Shown in pieces: positions 6,032 to 10,731 of a stretch of 10,731 nt of DNA (its first letter is position 1; each line of letters opens with the position of its first letter). This DNA comes from Vulcanimicrobiota bacterium (GTDB taxonomy: Bacteria > Vulcanimicrobiota > Vulcanimicrobiia > Vulcanimicrobiales > Vulcanimicrobiaceae), in the NCBI GenBank assembly GCA_003133025.1, contig PKZK01000071.1, positions 1 through 10,731 on the forward strand. Reading direction: 5' to 3'. The notes under the pieces are model-generated. The model searched no databases, was not told the DNA's origin, and worked only from the letters and a program-made list of their open reading frames with translations. A program made the translations under genes and the position numbers.

Positions 6032-6237
6032 GAGCGACCCTCCGGCCTATGTCGTAGCAAACATTTTGACGACATTAAAAAGGAGCGAGGGCCGCCGCGG
6101 CAAAGGTCGCTTCCGGACCCTCAGCAACCCTTAAGAAAACTAGCATTTCCGAGGTCCGGTTCCCGGCAATAGCGAGCCCAGGCGATCTTAACGAAGAGCC
6201 GTGGTCTCTCATAGCCGGCCGCCGGACCCATGGGAGA
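6032..6237 (+). promoter_or_regulatory. Putative structured regulatory leader / promoter region of receptor 2
   Basis: Several inverted repeats: AGCGACC 6033-6039 / GGTCGCT 6105-6111; ATGTCGT 6049-6055 / ACGACAT 6069-6075; CCGGACC 6113-6119 / GGTCCGG 6153-6159; TCTCTCAT 6205-6212 / ATGGGAGA 6230-6237, which covers the SD. No known riboswitch class recognised with certainty. Confidence 0.35.
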
Positions 6238-6244
6238 GTGGATC

Positions 6245-9200
6245 GTGGAATTCGTTCCGCTGCGAGGCCCGTGGAAACGGGTCATCGCATCATGTACTGC
6301 CCTGGCTATGATCGCCGGGCTGCTTGCGTCGTTCTCCGCCCCGGCTTCGGCCGCCGGCGGTCAGTACGGCGCCATCGCAGGCTACGTCATTGACGGCAAG
6401 ACCAAGGCCGCCGTTTCGGGAGCCTCCATCTCCGCCGCCTCGCCGACGGGCCAATTCAAGGCCTCGACCGACGTGCGCGGTTATTTCAACATCCCCGGCG
6501 TCAACGTCGACACGTTCACCGTGTCGATCGAAGCCAAGGGCTACGACCCGCTGACGTATACCGGCGTCACCGTCTTCGGCGACCAAACGGTCAACCTGGG
6601 CCAGATCAGTCTGACCAAGTCGCTGTCCACCATCGGCACCGTCAAGGCGCGCTCGATCGCCTCGGTCTACCAGCCGAATCAGACGATCGACTCCTACTCG
6701 GTCAGCGGCGACCGCATCACGCAGACCGCCGGTAAGGCGAACGCGACCGACGAAACCGCCCTCGCCCTGGCCGTCCCCGGCGTGTCGTTGACCAACACGG
6801 GCAACATCACGATCCGCGGCGGCCTGCGCACCGAGGTCGGCTATCAGTTCGACGGCGTCGACTTCACCGAGCCGTTCTTCTCGCAGAGCGCTTCGAACAA
6901 CCGGTACAACGGCATCCAGTCGCTGCAGGTCGTCGAAGGCGCGGGCGACGCGACCCAAGGCAACGTCGGCGGCGGCGTGGTCAACTTGATCCCGAAGCGC
7001 GGTACGTATCCGCCCGACGGTTCGGTCGACTTCGAAGCGGGCGCGCCCAATTTCGCGCACCAGTTCGCAGCCGAATACGGCATCGCTTCGCGCGACGGCC
7101 GCATCTCGGATTACGTGTCTTACACGGGCGACCGCGACGTGCCGTACTACGGCTGGCACAGCGCCGACGCCGGTTCGTACGGTAACTACTTCGGCGTCTC
7201 GTACGAGAAGAACGACGACTTCGTCAACAACTTCATCTACAAGTTCGGCAAGAACAACAACCAGTCGCTGCAGGTGCTCTACCTCAATCGCGACCTCCAG
7301 CAGTACGGTAATTTGGGCGGCCTCAGCGGCCTCTCGTTCTACCCCGCCGATCCGTACAACCCGCTCGGCACCCCGGTGCTCGGCTCGTACTACACGAAGC
7401 TGATCGGTCTCAACCCGGGCACGCCGCAGAACGGCAACTACACGGTAACGTCGCCTGAAGAAGTCAGCTTCAATCCGACGCGCTACCTGAAGTTCGAATA
7501 CGACAACACGCTCAACGCCAAGACGTTCCTCCAGGCTCGTTTCTACAACTGGGAGACGCTCCAGGGCGGCAGCAATAATACCGGCACCTCGGCGATCGCC
7601 TCCGGCGACGGCCTGGGCGGTTATCCCAACTGGAACCAGACCGGCGGTCCCCGCGTCGGCGGCACGCTCGACCTCACCGAGCAGTTCAGCTCGAAGAACG
7701 TCGTGACGATCTCGACCAAGTACGAGACCGCGCACCCGATCTGGGACGGCTACGATCCCAACGCGATCTACTTCCTGACGCTGTTGGGCATCCCGGGCGA
7801 GGCGTCGATCACCGACTTCCTGCCGGGCGGCTATCTGTCGCAGTACTTCCCGAACGGCGTGCCGCGCATCCCGAACTCGGGCATCAACTACAATAAGGCC
7901 TGGTACCAGACGTTCGGCGTCGGCCTGCGCGAGCAGTGGCAGCCCAACGATCGCCTCAAGGCCGACCTCGGCGTTCGCGAAGACGGACAGAACCAGAACT
8001 ACGGCATCAACCCGTTCAATACGTTCGATCCGTCCAATCCGTCCGACGTCAACCCGGCGGGCATCTCCCGCAAGTACCTCAACCCCCGCGAACTCGAGCC
8101 CCGCATCGCGGTCAACTACCAGGCCGGCAATAACGACGCGTTCCGCGTCGGGTACGGCCGCTCGGTGGTCTTCCTGAACGCGCAGACCTCGGGTACGCCC
8201 GGCGGCATGTACAACTATCAGCCGTTCCTCAGCGTTCCGGCAACGCCCGGCGCGCTCTGCGGCAGCGGTAAGAACACGTCGCTCCAAGCCAAGAATCCCA
8301 ATGCGCCGAACTACAGCCCGCTCGCGCCGTACTGGTCTTGCGCCAACTACGCCGACGAACTGTACTGGCTCTACGACCAGAACTTCGACGCTCCCGACCT
8401 CGGCGGCGCGTTGCCGGCGGCGTACAACAACTACGACTTCACCTACCAGCACCAGTTTGCCGGCGGCTACGGCCTGAAGGTCACGCCGTTCTACAAGCTC
8501 GGCACCAACCTGCCGTCGTTCGCACTGCTCAGCAGCGGTCTGACCAGCGGCGCCGCGGTGTTCACGGTGAACAACGAAGGCATCAACCGGACGACCGGTG
8601 TGGAACTCGGCCTCACGACGCCGGAGCACCCGTACGGGTTCAGCGGCTTCTTCTCGGCCACGTACCAGAACGTCATCGGTTCGACCCCGCCGCTCATCGG
8701 CGGTGAGGACGCCCTGCCGATCAACGGCTCGGGTTCCCTCGGTCTCGGCGACACCTATCGCGCAGGCTACGTCTCGCCGGCTTCCGCCCGTATCGGCGGC
8801 ACCTACAAGACGAAGAGCGGTCTGCGCTTCACGCCGACGCTCCAGTACGATCGCGGCTACCCGTATTCGCTGGGTAACACGATCGCCACGAACTGCACCC
8901 CGTTCTCGAACGCGGTTCAGGTGAACTTCGGCTGCGCCGTCAACCAGGTCCCCGGCTACCAGGGTCAGCCCGGTACGACCGGCTCGACCAACTACGCCGA
9001 CCCGGCCAACCCGGGCACCACGGCGCACCCGAATGTCGCGTGGACGCGCGGTACGCCGGGCACGTCGTCGAGCGGCGGCGTTCTCTGGCAGTCGAACCTG
9101 CAGGCCAACTTCACGACCGAGTACGACGTGCACGGAACCACCATCGGTATCTCGCTGCGCAACCTGTTCGGCAACGCCTACAACGGTCAGGTGCCGATCG

Positions 9201-9394
9201 TCAACCCGTACTACCAGCCGGTTGCCAACGGCATCTCGGGCCCGCTGACCGGCCAGAACCCGTACGCCAATGTGTTCCCGGGCCGCGGCTTTGCCAACGT
9301 CCCGACCAACGCGTACGCGTTCAGCAACGGAGCCTACCTATTGCTTCCCAACCAGCCAACCACCATAACGCTCTACCTGCAGCGGAAGATCTGA
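6245..9394 (+). CDS. TonB-dependent outer-membrane receptor 2 with N-terminal carboxypeptidase-regulatory-like domain, ~1049 aa; paralog of receptor 1
   Basis: The ORF track starts at ATG 6230, but the in-frame GTG at 6245 has GGAG (6233-6236) 8 nt upstream and is preferred. Signal peptide ..KRVIASCTALAMIAGLLASFSAPASA. GAIAGYVIDGKTKAAVSGASI...DTFTVSIEAKGY; LSTIGTVKARS; plug VPGVSLTNTGNITIRGG...YQFDGVD and GDATQGNVGGGVVNLIPKRG; barrel DRLKADLGVRED, LEPRIAVNYQ, FRVGYGRS, LRNLFGN; last strand ITLYLQRKI. Confidence 0.93.
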   Translation: MEFVPLRGPWKRVIASCTALAMIAGLLASFSAPASAAGGQYGAIAGYVIDGKTKAAVSGASISAASPTGQFKASTDVRGYFNIPGVNVDTFTVSIEAKGYDPLTYTGVTVFGDQTVNLGQISLTKSLSTIGTVKARSIASVYQPNQTIDSYSVSGDRITQTAGKANATDETALALAVPGVSLTNTGNITIRGGLRTEVGYQFDGVDFTEPFFSQSASNNRYNGIQSLQVVEGAGDATQGNVGGGVVNLIPKRGTYPPDGSVDFEAGAPNFAHQFAAEYGIASRDGRISDYVSYTGDRDVPYYGWHSADAGSYGNYFGVSYEKNDDFVNNFIYKFGKNNNQSLQVLYLNRDLQQYGNLGGLSGLSFYPADPYNPLGTPVLGSYYTKLIGLNPGTPQNGNYTVTSPEEVSFNPTRYLKFEYDNTLNAKTFLQARFYNWETLQGGSNNTGTSAIASGDGLGGYPNWNQTGGPRVGGTLDLTEQFSSKNVVTISTKYETAHPIWDGYDPNAIYFLTLLGIPGEASITDFLPGGYLSQYFPNGVPRIPNSGINYNKAWYQTFGVGLREQWQPNDRLKADLGVREDGQNQNYGINPFNTFDPSNPSDVNPAGISRKYLNPRELEPRIAVNYQAGNNDAFRVGYGRSVVFLNAQTSGTPGGMYNYQPFLSVPATPGALCGSGKNTSLQAKNPNAPNYSPLAPYWSCANYADELYWLYDQNFDAPDLGGALPAAYNNYDFTYQHQFAGGYGLKVTPFYKLGTNLPSFALLSSGLTSGAAVFTVNNEGINRTTGVELGLTTPEHPYGFSGFFSATYQNVIGSTPPLIGGEDALPINGSGSLGLGDTYRAGYVSPASARIGGTYKTKSGLRFTPTLQYDRGYPYSLGNTIATNCTPFSNAVQVNFGCAVNQVPGYQGQPGTTGSTNYADPANPGTTAHPNVAWTRGTPGTSSSGGVLWQSNLQANFTTEYDVHGTTIGISLRNLFGNAYNGQVPIVNPYYQPVANGISGPLTGQNPYANVFPGRGFANVPTNAYAFSNGAYLLLPNQPTTITLYLQRKI

Positions 9395-9407
9395 GGTGCG
9401 CTCCACG

Positions 9408-10691
9408 ATGAATCGTTCACTCACCGTCATCGGTTTGAGCGCGACGCTCGGCCTGACCGCCTGCAGCGGTTCGGGCACGTCACCGCAAAAGCCGACGACT
9501 CAGAACCTCAACGCCAACGTGCTGCAAGTAGCCGTTGGAACGGCCAACCTCTACGGAGACTTGGCCGGCGGCGGGAGCACGAGCTACTTCGGCTCGGGCC
9601 TCAACGTCGCCACGACCTATCGCCAATCGAAGACGCAATTGTCTCCGGGCGATAGCGCGGTGGCGGTCAGCGCACCGACCCTGAGCGGTCCGTTCACTCT
9701 GAACATTCCGGTTGGGACCGGCGGTGCGGGCACGGCCTACTCGACGATCGCAACAGGTCCGGCTCCCGTCGAAATCGGCGGTAGCTCGATCACCGCGACC
9801 GGTCAAACCAGCACCATCGTCACGACGTTCGGCACCGCCGGCGGCGTTTCGGGTCTGGGTATCGAGCCGTTCAACTTCAATAGCGAGAACGGCACGCCGT
9901 ACTCGTACGTCCCGTACACGGTACCGGCGTACGACCCGACGACCGATACGAACTTCTTCAGTCCCGAGGGTTACCCGCCGGCGTTCCCGAGCCTCGCGGG
10001 CACGGGCAGCCCGGCTGCGGCGTACAGCGAAGGCATCGACGTCTTCGCGCAAGTGACGCCGGTCGCCGGACCCTACACCCTGAGCGTCTCGGTGCCGATC
10101 GCGAACAGCCCGACGTTCACCACCTCGAAGACGGCTACGCTCACCTCGACGGCGCTTTTGCCGCCGTGGGCTCCGCAGACGCCTTCGCTCGATTCCAACG
10201 ATGACGGCGGCGCGTCGTTTGCCGTCACCCTGCCGGCCGGCGTGACGGAAGGCTACATCCAACTCGTCGACGTGGGTCCGGGCGCGAGCAGCGTGTCGTG
10301 TAACGGTTCGAGCGCGAGTGCTCCGACGTTCTACACGATCTTCGTCAACGCGTCGGGCACCGCGACCCTCGCGGGCAACCTCGGTACCGGCGGCACGCCG
10401 TCGATCTGTACCGTGGATCTCAATACCGCGGCAAACGCCGGCGTCGCGACGCCCGGCGACGTGTTCACGGTGCAGTACGTCGGATTCGACTACCCCTGGT
10501 ATGAGGCGTCGTATCCGAACAGCAACGGTAACCCGGCGCCGGCCATCACCGGCGCCAACGGCCAAGCCGACGTGACGATCTCGTCGGCCACCGGCTACCA
10601 AGAAGTCGCCGAGAGCGGCATCAAGACGATCAAGAGCTTCCGTGCGAAGAACCTGCACGCGAAGGCCCTCAAGTACAAGCTACACCGCTAA
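9408..10691 (+). CDS. Lipoprotein 2, uncharacterised receptor-associated lipoprotein (427 aa); paralog of lipoprotein 1
   Basis: ATG 9408 lies 9 nt after GAGGTG (9393-9398), which overlaps the receptor TGA; the ORF-track GTG at 9396 is part of this SD. MNRSLTVIGLSATLGLTA-C19 has the canonical lipobox LTAC. It shares many ordered motifs with lipoprotein 1. Confidence 0.88.
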   Translation: MNRSLTVIGLSATLGLTACSGSGTSPQKPTTQNLNANVLQVAVGTANLYGDLAGGGSTSYFGSGLNVATTYRQSKTQLSPGDSAVAVSAPTLSGPFTLNIPVGTGGAGTAYSTIATGPAPVEIGGSSITATGQTSTIVTTFGTAGGVSGLGIEPFNFNSENGTPYSYVPYTVPAYDPTTDTNFFSPEGYPPAFPSLAGTGSPAAAYSEGIDVFAQVTPVAGPYTLSVSVPIANSPTFTTSKTATLTSTALLPPWAPQTPSLDSNDDGGASFAVTLPAGVTEGYIQLVDVGPGASSVSCNGSSASAPTFYTIFVNASGTATLAGNLGTGGTPSICTVDLNTAANAGVATPGDVFTVQYVGFDYPWYEASYPNSNGNPAPAITGANGQADVTISSATGYQEVAESGIKTIKSFRAKNLHAKALKYKLHR

Positions 10692-10709
10692 TCGCGGCTA
10701 GCGCTCAAC

Positions 10710-10731
10710 AAAAAAGGGACGGGGTCGATGC
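10710..10731. terminator. Probable 5' arm of an intrinsic terminator, cut by the window end
   Basis: AAAAAA followed by G-rich GGGACGGGG, 18 nt after the lipoprotein 2 stop, at the position equivalent to the terminator arm after lipoprotein 1. The complementary arm is not in the window. Confidence 0.4.

Noticed and set aside
5991..6244. Cobalamin or TPP riboswitch, tRNA or CRISPR array in the largest intergenic region
   Set aside because: I found no B12-box or TPP (CUGAGA) consensus, no cloverleaf with a T-loop, and no regularly spaced direct repeats.
6290..9133. Very long antisense ORFs (6290-9133 minus, 947 aa; also 2751-4472 plus, 9480-10658 minus and the other overlapping ORFs)
   Set aside because: These are shadows of the real genes. 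Strong C/G third-position bias and avoidance of TTA/CTA/TCA codons remove antisense stops. The translations are Arg/Val/Ala-rich with no recognisable motifs.

Overview
High-GC bacterial window with a near-symmetric layout. Two paralogous two-gene operons point away from each other. Each encodes a large TonB-dependent outer-membrane receptor (signal peptide, carboxypeptidase-regulatory-like N-domain, plug, beta-barrel; 1116 and ~1049 aa) followed by a ~390-430 aa lipoprotein of a family I cannot name. An EamA/DMT transporter gene sits between the operons, and the 3' part of an amidase-signature-family gene converges on the left operon at a perfect hairpin terminator. The two lipoproteins are homologous to each other, do not look like SusD/RagB, have their RBS overlapping the receptor stop codon, and end in a strongly basic tail terminating in -LHR. 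The best candidate for an undescribed system is therefore a SusC/SusD-analogous, but apparently non-homologous, receptor + lipoprotein uptake module with a possible C-terminal sorting signal. The 240-nt leader of the right receptor contains mutually exclusive pairings around its Shine-Dalgarno. The first ~76 nt are AT-richer, hairpin-forming and do not look like amidase sequence. The receptor style reminds me of Candidatus Eremiobacterota (Vulcanimicrobiota), which is recall-based inference only. I saw no rRNA, tRNA, CRISPR array or transposase.
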